Positions 35,288 to 44,236 of a stretch of 64,000 bases of DNA are shown piece by piece (position 1 is the first letter of the stretch; every line of letters starts with the position of its first letter). The DNA lies in contig CALRHH010000003.1 in NCBI GenBank assembly GCA_943359395.1, positions 24,846 through 88,845 of the forward strand. The letters run 5' to 3'. The stretch comes from Candidatus Nomurabacteria bacterium. GTDB lineage: Bacteria > Patescibacteriota > Minisyncoccia > Phycocordibacterales > UBA2100. A program made the position numbers and the translations under genes. The notes below the pieces were generated by a model that did no database searches, had not been told where the DNA came from, and saw only the letters and a list, made by a program, of their open reading frames with translations.

Positions 35288-35749
35288 TTACCACGCGAAG
35301 TGGGCGAACGCTTTGTTTGCCTCAGCCATTCTGTGAGTCGTTTCTTTCTTAGTGACCGCGGCCCCTTCACCCTTATGCGCAGCTTGAATTTCAGCGAGAA
35401 GACTCTCGTGCATTGGCTTGCCCTTGGTACCTTCGGCAGCTTCTACAATCCAGCGCATACCGAGTGCCATTTTGCGAGCCGGATTCACTTCGCGCGGAAC
35501 CTGATAGTTGGCACCACCGACACGGCGTGAGCGTACTTCTACGGCAGGAGAGGCTTTTTCGAGCGCCTCTTCAAGAATGAGAAGGGGGTCCCCTTCTTTC
35601 TTCAATTCATCCATCACCCTGTAGACGATTTTGCGGGCAGTATCTTTTTTTCCGCACTCCATTACGTAGTTAATGAGCTTGGCAACCTTGAAAGAGCCGT
35701 AGACTTCGTCCGGCTGAGGCTGTTTTCTATTTTTGATAGGGCGTCGCAT
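35288..35749 (-). CDS. rpsG: 30S ribosomal protein S7.
   Basis: Full-length S7-like sequence (…KFINYVMECGKKDTARKIVY…ANYQVPREV…). Sits immediately after rpsL. Confidence 0.9.
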   Translation of the reverse strand: MRRPIKNRKQPQPDEVYGSFKVAKLINYVMECGKKDTARKIVYRVMDELKKEGDPLLILEEALEKASPAVEVRSRRVGGANYQVPREVNPARKMALGMRWIVEAAEGTKGKPMHESLLAEIQAAHKGEGAAVTKKETTHRMAEANKAFAHFAW

Positions 35750-35754
35750 AAAAA

Positions 35755-36171
35755 TTACTTGGCAGCTTTCGGTTTCTTTGCACCGTAGTTCGAACGGCCA
35801 CGACGGCGTTTCTCTACACCCGTAGCATCCAATTTTCCGCGAACGATAGTGTAGCGTACGCCGATGTCCTTCACGCGACCGCCGCGGATAAGGACAACTG
35901 AGTGCTCTTGCAGATTGTGGCCTTCTCCTGGGATGTAAGCGGTAACTTCCATGCCGTTGGTGAGGCGTACGCGGGCGATTTTACGGATTGCAGAGTTTGG
36001 TTTGCGAGGCGTCTTTGTAGTAACACGGGTGCAAACGCCGCGCTTAAAAGGAGCTGCATAGAATGAAGGTCGATTCTGGAGCGTATTGAAACCGCGCGAA
36101 AGCGCGATGGTCTTCGTGCGCCACGTCTTTTTGACTCGACTCTTGCGCGTAAGCTGATTTATCGTAGACAT
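35755..36171 (-). CDS. rpsL: 30S ribosomal protein S12.
   Basis: [12 protein letters not shown]…PKKPNSALRK-like core ([19 protein letters not shown]…[24 protein letters not shown]). Confidence 0.9.
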   Translation of the reverse strand: MSTINQLTRKSRVKKTWRTKTIALSRGFNTLQNRPSFYAAPFKRGVCTRVTTKTPRKPNSAIRKIARVRLTNGMEVTAYIPGEGHNLQEHSVVLIRGGRVKDIGVRYTIVRGKLDATGVEKRRRGRSNYGAKKPKAAK

Positions 36172-36413
36172 GTTTACTCTGAGCTCGTCGAACGAGCAAA
36201 TGAAAACTCCCAGAGGGAGTCCGAGGAGTGTACCCCATGAGATAAAAAAGTCCAGCGTTTTGAGTACAGCAGCTTACCAACAAGCTCAATATGACCATGA
36301 GTATCATCGGATAAATCATATCTCACGGGGTGTACTACCTGCATTGCGCGAGCGCAAGCTTTCGTATAGATTTCGGGCTGCGTTGGTCGCATTGAAGCAT
36401 TTGGGAGGACAAA

Positions 36414-36689
36414 ATGAGCGGAAGACAACATCTACAGGTAAACGTGACGGCTGGTCCCAACGGAATGAATTACACTGCCAATCGACTTCCCCCTGGCGAA
36501 AAGCTTGTCGCCACTCTGAAGTACGAGCGGGCACCGAAGGGAAATGCCTGGCTTCTTGAACAAGCCGTGACAACGGGAGCCACGATATTCGAACGAAAAC
36601 CGTCCGACGAAAAGACCGTTGTGTCCTACAACCGTATCGATGTGTGCATTGACGAGTTTGTAAGACGACCTGAGCAAGCGAAAAGATAA
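36414..36689 (+). CDS. Small hypothetical protein (91 aa) with a good SD (GGGAGG) and a strong terminator directly downstream.
   Basis: tgGGAGGacaaaATG context, followed by the 36717-36757 hairpin. Confidence 0.3.
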   Translation: MSGRQHLQVNVTAGPNGMNYTANRLPPGEKLVATLKYERAPKGNAWLLEQAVTTGATIFERKPSDEKTVVSYNRIDVCIDEFVRRPEQAKR

Positions 36690-36716
36690 TCCACCCGCAT
36701 GTGAGGCGAAGGGGAA

Positions 36717-36757
36717 TAAAACGCGCCGTCCAGTGTGGACGGCGCGTTTATGTTTTA
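36717..36757. terminator. Strong bidirectional rho-independent terminator (AAACGCGCCGTCCA-GTGT-GGACGGCGCGTTTATGTTTT).
   Basis: 13-bp perfect stem plus T-run read directly. Confidence 0.75.
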
Positions 36758-37447
36758 GACACCCGTAATTGCGTGGGCGATTCCGTATACGAGGGTGCCA
36801 AAGGCTCCTCCCAAAACAACGATGAGGAGGAGAACGATTCCGAAACCGAGGAAGGGATTTTGTTCCATGCGGTCGCGAAGTGCATCGTACCCAAAACTCT
36901 TCGGGAGAAGGCTCGACAAAATCTTCGAACCGTCGAGTGGGGGTACGGGGATAAGGTTAAGAAGCATGAGCGAGACGTTGATAGCGACGATGTAGAGGAG
37001 AACACCTGCTGTGTCGGGGAAAATATTCAGGCGTATGACGAGACTCGTAATGAGTGCAATCACGAGGTTTGATGCGGGCCCAGCCGCAGCCACTATGGCT
37101 TCCCCCCAGCGAGGTGAACGAAAAAGGTTGTAGGGATTATAGGGAACGGGCTTCGCCCAGCCGAAAATAAAACCCCCGGGAGAGAGTGCGCAAAGGACAG
37201 GGAGAAGGATCGAGCCAAAAACGTCGATGTGCGGAATCGGATTGAGGGTGAGACGCCCCGCATATCGGGCGGTCGGGTCTCCGAGCGCGTCGGCCGCGAC
37301 GCCGTGCATCACCTCGTGGATGATGACCGAGAAGATGATTATCACTACTACGAAAACGGTGTCGAGAAATTCCATATGTTGAGAAATACTAACATATAGT
37401 TGTTTCCGTTGCGTTTGCTTCCACGCAGTGCTAAGATGCCGCGACAT
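36755..37447 (-). CDS. Site-2 protease (peptidase M50) family membrane metalloprotease.
   Basis: HEVMHGVAADALGD (HExxH in TM) and …NPIPHIDVFGSILLP… (LDG-like region) are typical of M50/SpoIVFB-type proteases. Multiple TM helices. Confidence 0.6.
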   Translation of the reverse strand: MSRHLSTAWKQTQRKQLYVSISQHMEFLDTVFVVVIIIFSVIIHEVMHGVAADALGDPTARYAGRLTLNPIPHIDVFGSILLPVLCALSPGGFIFGWAKPVPYNPYNLFRSPRWGEAIVAAAGPASNLVIALITSLVIRLNIFPDTAGVLLYIVAINVSLMLLNLIPVPPLDGSKILSSLLPKSFGYDALRDRMEQNPFLGFGIVLLLIVVLGGAFGTLVYGIAHAITGV

Positions 37448-37690
37448 ATGGCTCGTGTTTGCGACATAACAGGCAAAAGCTCACAGGTAGGCGGTGGGTA
37501 TTCCAACCGCGTCCGCGCGACCAAATTCAACCCGACAGGCAAACGCCGTCGCCAAGTTAACCTCCAGAAGAAAACTCTTTTCATTCCTGAACTCGGCAAG
37601 AAAGTGACTGTGCGTGTTTCTGCAAAAGGACTCAAGACTATGAAGAAGCGCGGGGCGTTTCTCACACTCAAGAAAGCTGGCCTCGTATAG
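37448..37690 (+). CDS. rpmB: 50S ribosomal protein L28.
   Basis: MARVCDITGKSSQVGGGYSNRVRATKFNPTGKRRR…VTVRVSAKGLKTMKKRG matches L28 (MSRVCQVTGK…N.SH…TKRRF.PNL… RVSAKG…). Terminator hairpin follows at 37705-37740. Confidence 0.7.
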   Translation: MARVCDITGKSSQVGGGYSNRVRATKFNPTGKRRRQVNLQKKTLFIPELGKKVTVRVSAKGLKTMKKRGAFLTLKKAGLV

Positions 37691-37704
37691 CTCTCCAAAG
37701 CAAA

Positions 37705-37740
37705 AAACAAGAGCCCGGGGGTCGCCCCGGGCTCTTTTTC
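37705..37740. terminator. Rho-independent terminator after rpmB (AGAGCCCGGGG-GTCG-CCCCGGGCTCTTTTT).
   Basis: 11-bp perfect stem plus T-run. Confidence 0.75.
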
Positions 37741-37758
37741 ACGCCAATCCAGACTAGG

Positions 37759-39006
37759 TCAGGTCGGATTCGTTGCACGTCTCATCAGACGCGGAACTAC
37801 CGCCAGAATCAGGATTGCTGCCAGAATATCGAGACTGGCTCCGATCCAGAGCAATTGCTCCCAGGTTACGAGCTTTCCCTTCACGAGGTAACTCGACGCC
37901 CAAGGTGCGATCGCGCCGAACCCTTTCGCGGTGTACAGCAGACAGAAGATTGCGGCGATGTTACGCTTTCTGAACATATCGCCGATGAGCGCTGGGAACA
38001 GGCCGAAAATCTCACCGTAGGCGAAAAAGACGAGACCCGTTAACACCACGAACATCATTGGATTGTGTAGCTCGTAGGACAGCCAGACGAATCCGATCGC
38101 TTCAAGGCAAAACGCAATACCCATGGCGGGCGGACGACCTGTGCGATCGGAGAGTTTCCCGAAGAAAAGGCGAGAAAGTCCGTTCGCAAGACTGTCCAGC
38201 ATGATTGTCCATGTCAGTACCCCTTGAGTAACCCAGAGGAACGTCAGCTGAACATCTCGCATACCGAAACTAGACGCCATTGGACCTCGCTGGGCGATAA
38301 TCATCGAACCGCTCAGCGCCACGAGCACGAACGCCAGATAAACCACGACGAACGCCGCGATCCCGTGAGGAATCGAGACAATTGCGCGTTTGGATTCTTC
38401 AGATTCACGCGCAATTTCATTCTCGGGCCATGACCGCATAAAGAACGCGAGTGCGGCCACAAGGAGTCCGAGAATGATACCGAGCTTTTCGAGCGTAACC
38501 TGATATCCGAAATCGCGAATCCAATGACTGATAGGCAGGAACGGCAGAATGAAGAAGGTGCCGCCGCCATACCCAAACGCAGTCACTCCAAGCGCGATTC
38601 CCCGACTTTTACCGGGCGCCCACTTGAGGGCACTCCCGTAGCAAGCGGCGGTAAGGGCGCCCACACCGATGCCCGTGACCAACCCACCTTGCCAGAGCAA
38701 CTCCACTGATGCTGCGTGCGCTTCAGTGGAAAGTCCGACATACAACATCACCGCACCGAACAATGCGACAATGCGCGGACCGGCAAACGATCGGTCGACC
38801 AAAATACCAAGCACGCCTGTGGTCACGGCTTGCGCCATGCCAAACGTGAAGTAGGTAAATTGGATATTTGCCTTCCCCCAGCGGGTCACATCGTCAATTG
38901 GGTTGACGAATTGTGTCCACGTATATTGAGGAAAGGATGCAACCATCAACATTGCCATGCAGACAAATATCTGCACTTTTGCATTCATTGTGAGACCTTG
39001 CCTCAT
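37759..39006 (-). CDS. Major facilitator superfamily transporter (oxalate/formate antiporter-like subfamily).
   Basis: 12 predicted TM segments. MFS-type motifs (G..VDR.GRRP-like 'LSDRTGRPPAMG'). Confidence 0.6.
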   Translation of the reverse strand: MRQGLTMNAKVQIFVCMAMLMVASFPQYTWTQFVNPIDDVTRWGKANIQFTYFTFGMAQAVTTGVLGILVDRSFAGPRIVALFGAVMLYVGLSTEAHAASVELLWQGGLVTGIGVGALTAACYGSALKWAPGKSRGIALGVTAFGYGGGTFFILPFLPISHWIRDFGYQVTLEKLGIILGLLVAALAFFMRSWPENEIARESEESKRAIVSIPHGIAAFVVVYLAFVLVALSGSMIIAQRGPMASSFGMRDVQLTFLWVTQGVLTWTIMLDSLANGLSRLFFGKLSDRTGRPPAMGIAFCLEAIGFVWLSYELHNPMMFVVLTGLVFFAYGEIFGLFPALIGDMFRKRNIAAIFCLLYTAKGFGAIAPWASSYLVKGKLVTWEQLLWIGASLDILAAILILAVVPRLMRRATNPT

Positions 39007-39102
39007 CGGTAAGCCCTTCCATGTTTCAGTTTAAGAACAACGCAGCCCACATCGTTGTAACATCCTCATTACAAGCAAACAACCTTGCTTATCGCACACC
39101 AC

Positions 39103-39960
39103 TTAGCGGATCCATAGCCGTGTACCGTCTGTCACAAACGTCACTGTCCCCTGTGCGCAAGTATCGAACGTGGGTATGTTGAATCTCACAAATCTATCCA
39201 TCACTTCCTTGCTTGGATGACCGTATTTATTATCACACCCGCGCGAAAAAACGGCGTATTCCGGAGCGACGTATCCGAGGAAGAGGTCCGATGAGGAGGT
39301 CTTGGAACCGTGGTGCCCTGCCTTTAATACATTGGAACGAAGCGCCGAACCGTCGAGTGAGACAAGATAATTCTCTATCGATTGCGGCGCATCGCACGAA
39401 AACATAAATGCCGTCGTGCCGTAGACGAGTCGCGCGACCACGCAGCCGTCGTTGGTATCGATATGCGGCATGAGCCGGTCAGGAGACAGTATTTCAAGGT
39501 ACGCGCTTCCTCCAAGTTCAATGATTTGTCCCCGCATAGCGACAATATCGCGCGCTTTCTCATCCGCAATCGTTTTGTTGAGGGCGGAGAATGTCGACGT
39601 ATCGCTTTCAACGCTGGAGTGAACAACCGCGTCCACCCGATAGCGCGCAAGGACATCAATGAGACCATTGACGTGGTCGGCATCGGGATGTGTCGGGATG
39701 ATGACGTCAATCGAACGGTCGTACCACGGAACTACTCTGGAAAGCTCCCGCAACACTTTGGTACTCGGTCCGCCGTCGATAAGCACTTGCCGACCGCTTG
39801 GTGCCTCTATGAAAATAGAATCCCCCTGACCAACATCAAGAAACGAAACCGTGAGGAGCCCATGTTGGTCTTCGCGCATCACTGCGTACCAGAGACATCC
39901 AGTAATAATGAGGAGCAAAAGTATCGTTATGCCTTTAACCTGCAGGCTCCGTCGCATCAC
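39103..39960 (-). CDS. Membrane-anchored metallo-beta-lactamase-fold hydrolase of the ComEC C-terminal-domain type.
   Basis: LTVSFLDVGQGDSIFIEAPSGRQVLIDGG and HPDADH motifs match the ComEC/Rec2 lactamase_B domain. N-terminal TM. Confidence 0.55.
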   Translation of the reverse strand: MMRRSLQVKGITILLLLIITGCLWYAVMREDQHGLLTVSFLDVGQGDSIFIEAPSGRQVLIDGGPSTKVLRELSRVVPWYDRSIDVIIPTHPDADHVNGLIDVLARYRVDAVVHSSVESDTSTFSALNKTIADEKARDIVAMRGQIIELGGSAYLEILSPDRLMPHIDTNDGCVVARLVYGTTAFMFSCDAPQSIENYLVSLDGSALRSNVLKAGHHGSKTSSSDLFLGYVAPEYAVFSRGCDNKYGHPSKEVMDRFVRFNIPTFDTCAQGTVTFVTDGTRLWIR

Positions 39961-40000
39961 GTAATTCTACTCTCGCAAACCAAAGTGATATAATCTACCG

Positions 40001-40600
40001 ATGCACACATACAAAGCAAAGAAATTCAACTTGCCTTCGCTCGAAGGAATCTCCGACGAATCGGTGAAGCAGCACATCGGTCTCTACGAAGGCTACGTGA
40101 AAAATTTCAACGCCATCACGAGCGCGGCAGTAGAGCTTATGGACGACAGCGAGAAAAACGCTCACGCAATCTCCGAGCTGTGGCGCCGCCGGAGCTTCGA
40201 ATTTGGCGGCATGCGACTTCACGAACACTACTTTGAGCAACTCGAAGGAGGAGCGAAGGCACCAGATACCTCAAGTTCTTTCTGGCAGCAGATCGCGGCA
40301 GAATTTCCTATGAACGGAGAAGGTCAGCCCCAGCTCGTACTGAAAAACATCGGCAACATGCGCGGCCCAGGGTGGGCAATTCTCTATTGGGATTCTGTCG
40401 GCAGATGCTTCCAAACAGGCTTCACGGGTGAACAACATCAGGGGCACTTCGTCACACTCCCCATTATCCTCGCGCTCGACGTATGGGAGCATGCATTTCT
40501 ACTCGACTACGGCACCACAGGCAAAGGCAAATACATTGACGCATTCTTCAAGAATCTGAATTGGGGGGTTATTGAGAAGAGGTTCGCGGAGGTGAGATGA
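40001..40600 (+). CDS. sodA: Fe/Mn superoxide dismutase.
   Basis: N-terminal LP.L.y….lep.is…h…H…Y pattern and C-terminal DVWEHAFLLDY signature (consensus D.WEHAYY). Confidence 0.85.
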   Translation: MHTYKAKKFNLPSLEGISDESVKQHIGLYEGYVKNFNAITSAAVELMDDSEKNAHAISELWRRRSFEFGGMRLHEHYFEQLEGGAKAPDTSSSFWQQIAAEFPMNGEGQPQLVLKNIGNMRGPGWAILYWDSVGRCFQTGFTGEQHQGHFVTLPIILALDVWEHAFLLDYGTTGKGKYIDAFFKNLNWGVIEKRFAEVR

Positions 40601-40747
40601 CAGCCCTTCGACAAGCATAGGGTACTTCATCTCGCTTAATCTTGTGGTGTTTACACTGAGCGAGCACAGCGAGTCGAAGTGTGGAGAAGGTGCTTGCACC
40701 CCCTTGGGCATGGTATCCTTTAGACATTAGGATAATATATATACATT

Positions 40748-41188
40748 ATGAAACTCGATAGAGCGATTTTAGTGGTGTTTTTAGGTAATTATTTGATAAA
40801 TACGGTTCTTGCAGCCGTGGTCGCACTTGTTCCAGCATCGACAAGCGGCGGGATACTCACCGCACAATATGTCACCTTTGTCATACTCTCAGCTGTCCTC
40901 GTAGGAGCACTCACGTGGTGGTACGGTGCACGCGACCTCAAGAGCGGCGCCATCTTCGGTGCCACAGGCTTCGTGGTTGCCATCGCGACGGCATTTGTTA
41001 CGGGAGTTTCGGGAGTCTTATCGCAGACTGGCTCGCTCTCGGCAGTCATCGGGGTTCTCCCCAACTTCTGGCCATTCCTCGCCAACTGGTCTACCCTCGT
41101 CCTCGCTGGTTACTGGATAATTCCAGCAGCAGCATACGGATGGTACGCACAGCCAAAGGCAGCAGCTTCAATGAGCGGAGGGATGTAG
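40748..41188 (+). CDS. Membrane protein, unknown function (4 TM).
   Basis: Hydrophobic segments only. Terminator follows at 41209-41240. Confidence 0.3.
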   Translation: MKLDRAILVVFLGNYLINTVLAAVVALVPASTSGGILTAQYVTFVILSAVLVGALTWWYGARDLKSGAIFGATGFVVAIATAFVTGVSGVLSQTGSLSAVIGVLPNFWPFLANWSTLVLAGYWIIPAAAYGWYAQPKAAASMSGGM

Positions 41189-41208
41189 CCTTCCTTGCAA
41201 ACCAAATT

Positions 41209-41240
41209 GAAAGGCGCGACCAACTGGTCGCGCCTTTTTC
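41209..41240. terminator. Rho-independent terminator (AAAGGCGCGACC-AACT-GGTCGCGCCTTTTT).
   Basis: 12-bp perfect stem plus T-run. Confidence 0.75.
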
Positions 41241-41575
41241 GATTTAGTCGGCCGAAGCGGACTTTGCTTAATCGAGCTTGTTGGGATGTATCCTAAAGGA
41301 GCCACTGGCCGAAGGATTTCTTGCCTGGTCGTCAGAATCCTTTTCAATCTCAGTTTTGGCCTCGAGGTTATCATGACCAAGAATCGACTCGGCCTCGATT
41401 GCCTGCCTCCCGACAGGACCACCCCCATCTTCGAGAAGACGGAAGTTCGCTGTACCGGGAACTCGTAAGCCCTCTTCGGCGGTGCGTCTTGCTTCGTCTG
41501 AATCCACTGGTGTATTCCTTTGCGGCTTAGGTTTTTCCATACTCAACTCAATGCAAATAGTAGCACACTGAGTCC

Positions 41576-43114
41576 CTACTCAACAACAGAGCTCGGCGAA
41601 TGAGTCAGCCGATTATACCTCCAAGAAAAAATCACCGCGTATACGAGCAGGAGCCACCATGCGCTAAAGGCAGAAATCGAGACGGCGGCAAACGGAAGCG
41701 CGGCGAAGAATTTGGCGACTCCGATAATGTACGCGAGCAGAAGGTATGCAGGAAACGCGAGCGGGACAGCGTACGAGCCGGCAATCATGCCGCCTACCGC
41801 TGCAACAAACGACGCGAACATCGCAAGAGGTACCGCCACGAGGGCGAGGAGGTTTGCGGGGAGTGCGACCAATGAGAGCAATCCGTTCTGATAGAGCAGC
41901 AGAGGCAGCACCACAAGCTGCGTCGCAAAAGTCGAGGAGACAATCTCGCGCACGCCGAACCGCTCCGTGAGCCAAAGCAGCCGTTCAGTGAATACAGGCG
42001 TAAAAGAAATGAGTCCGAGCGTTGCAAGCGTAGACAATTGGAAGCTCGGGTCAAACGCAAGCTCGTATGGATTCCACAACACCATCAGTGACGCCACGAC
42101 TCCGAGGATGCGCCCCGCGAGGTAGGTGCGTCCCGTGGCACGCGCCAACACCGCGACAAAAGCCATCGCTCCGGCGCGCACGGCACTTGCTGCTCCGCCC
42201 GACATGAGCATGAAAAAGAGCACGGCCAATCCGCTCCCGCCGAACTGGAAGACTCTTGGCAGTGACGTGAGCACATATGAAATCGCATTGATAACGACAG
42301 TTATGTTGTGTCCTGAAAGAACAACCATGTGAATGAGCGATGCACGCTGAAAGTCTGCAGACAGTTCTTTGCCTATAGAGCGCTTGTCCCCCACCGTAAT
42401 CCCGCCTGCGAGTCCCGCCTCGGGTTCCGGGAGTACGGCAGTTTCGCCGCTGAGGTACTCGTGCTTAACGCGTATCGCCACGGCTTTCAGGACGTTTCCC
42501 CGATTACCCTCCGTCTTTTCTATCTGCGCGAAAGCGAGCTGATAGCCGATACCATCCTTTGCAAGATATTCTGGATAGCGGAACTGCCGACCGAACCCCG
42601 TATCAAAAGCCTCGGGGAGTCTGAGCGTGCCGACGGCGCGCACATTGTCGCCATACAAGACCTCCGTATGTGGAGGGACCGACGCAATCACACCCGCACT
42701 TACTGGAGTGGTGCTGCTTGCCCCGTTAGAAGCACCGCTTCTAACGGGGCTTGCGACAACGAGCCGCTCGACGTGCAGAGAAATTCGGACTCCAGTGTCG
42801 CGTACATCTGGTTCCGCTGTCACATATCCTTCTAGTGTTACAGGGCTATCGAGCCGTTCGGTAAGTGAAGCATCTCCTTCAAGAGTCGCTGCATGCATTC
42901 GCGCAACTCCCCCCGCGAAAGCAAGAAATACCACTGATACGATGATGAGCGGTTTCTTTCGTGATACATCGAGGAAAGCGAGTGCGAGCATTGCCGTCGC
43001 AAGAAGGAGCCCGAAAGCAACCACCGAGAGACCGAGTGGCGTAAACGAACGCACGAAAACACCTATCAGAAATCCCGCGACGAGTGTCCAGAGAACCTCC
43101 GTCCTCATGGACAC
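41576..43114 (-). CDS. ComEC/Rec2-like DNA-uptake channel protein, N-terminal (DUF4131-like) plus polytopic 'competence' membrane domain, without the lactamase domain.
   Basis: Long polytopic membrane domain with …LHMVVLSGHNITVV… and the Ala/Leu-rich TM bundle typical of PF03772. The MBL-fold domain is encoded separately at 39103-39960. Confidence 0.45.
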   Translation of the reverse strand: MSMRTEVLWTLVAGFLIGVFVRSFTPLGLSVVAFGLLLATAMLALAFLDVSRKKPLIIVSVVFLAFAGGVARMHAATLEGDASLTERLDSPVTLEGYVTAEPDVRDTGVRISLHVERLVVASPVRSGASNGASSTTPVSAGVIASVPPHTEVLYGDNVRAVGTLRLPEAFDTGFGRQFRYPEYLAKDGIGYQLAFAQIEKTEGNRGNVLKAVAIRVKHEYLSGETAVLPEPEAGLAGGITVGDKRSIGKELSADFQRASLIHMVVLSGHNITVVINAISYVLTSLPRVFQFGGSGLAVLFFMLMSGGAASAVRAGAMAFVAVLARATGRTYLAGRILGVVASLMVLWNPYELAFDPSFQLSTLATLGLISFTPVFTERLLWLTERFGVREIVSSTFATQLVVLPLLLYQNGLLSLVALPANLLALVAVPLAMFASFVAAVGGMIAGSYAVPLAFPAYLLLAYIIGVAKFFAALPFAAVSISAFSAWWLLLVYAVIFSWRYNRLTHSPSSVVE

Positions 43115-43521
43115 TATGTGGCCTCGTCTACCGCCTCGTTGACGAGTCTGTCTGCTTCAGCATTTTGCTCTCGAGGAATGTGTACGAAATGATGTTTAGG
43201 AAAATCTGCGAGCAGCGCTCGCACCTTCGCAACTTGCGGCTTGAGAGTTGGTTCTTTTATCTTCCAATTTCCCAATATCTGTTCGACGGCGAGCTTAGAA
43301 TCCATTCTTACTTCTATTTCCCGCCCTCCAAGTCCGCGCACTTTCGCGTCGTGGAGCGCGAGCGCCACGGCTTCGTATTCTGCCCAATTGTTAGTCTGAC
43401 TCCCAAGAAACTGCTTACCCTCAAACAAGAGTCTCTCTCCCTCAAGGGCCTGAAACCCCGCCCCAGCGGGGCCTGGATTATTGCGCGCCCCGCCATCCGT
43501 GTAGATTATGATTTTTTTCAT
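43114..43521 (-). CDS. rnhA: Ribonuclease HI.
   Basis: MKKIIIYTDGGARNNPGPAGAG…NNWAEYEAVALAL…HIPREQNAEADRL — the DEDD catalytic pattern of RNase H1. The ORF-track start is extended upstream, so the Met at 43519-43521 is preferred. Confidence 0.75.
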   Translation of the reverse strand: MKKIIIYTDGGARNNPGPAGAGFQALEGERLLFEGKQFLGSQTNNWAEYEAVALALHDAKVRGLGGREIEVRMDSKLAVEQILGNWKIKEPTLKPQVAKVRALLADFPKHHFVHIPREQNAEADRLVNEAVDEAT

Positions 43522-44162
43522 TACACTACTGCGGGAGCCTCTACTTGAAACGATAATGTGCGGTACGCGTGCGCGATAGCGAGCGACGACACGGAACCTG
43601 ATACAAGCAGCCCTACAACCAGACAGAGGAATCCAAGAATATTCACAAGTACGATGAGCCCAATCATTTTTAGAAGCTGCCATTTGTGACCGTCTGTGAT
43701 ACGAGCACTTTCTTTAAGTGCCTCGAAAGGCTTGAGTTTGCGCTCCATCACAAGGTACGGGACAAACATGTATCGTAAGCCCCACAGTATTCCGGGGACT
43801 ATGAGGAGAATGAGTCCTACGACGACAATGATGCCGACGAGCATGGAAGCTCCAACGTACTTCCAGAAAGGATGCGGCGCCCACAAGTCACTGAATGTGA
43901 CAGAGTCCGCGTTATTCTGCGCCTTCAGCACGACTTGAATTGACCCCATTTTTGCCAAGATTGAAATGACCGCCATGGCAAGCCCGACGAAGACGATCAG
44001 CGCGATTGTAGATGGCGAGTTCTGGATACTATCTCCCATTCTGAAACTTGTTCCGCCGGATAGTACACCGACAATGAAGGTGACGCCGGCGAAGAACCAT
44101 GGACGCTTCTTGAAAGTCTCCCACCCAAATCCAATCATCGCACCCGCTCTGAATGTATTCAT
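43521..44162 (-). CDS. Polytopic membrane protein, unknown function.
   Basis: 5-6 TM segments. No motif. Confidence 0.35.
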   Translation of the reverse strand: MNTFRAGAMIGFGWETFKKRPWFFAGVTFIVGVLSGGTSFRMGDSIQNSPSTIALIVFVGLAMAVISILAKMGSIQVVLKAQNNADSVTFSDLWAPHPFWKYVGASMLVGIIVVVGLILLIVPGILWGLRYMFVPYLVMERKLKPFEALKESARITDGHKWQLLKMIGLIVLVNILGFLCLVVGLLVSGSVSSLAIAHAYRTLSFQVEAPAVV

Positions 44163-44236
44163 ATGACCACGCTAGCATGGGCAACAGAAAAGCCAATAGC
44201 CCCTGTGTATACGATGCTACACAAGCTACTCAATTC

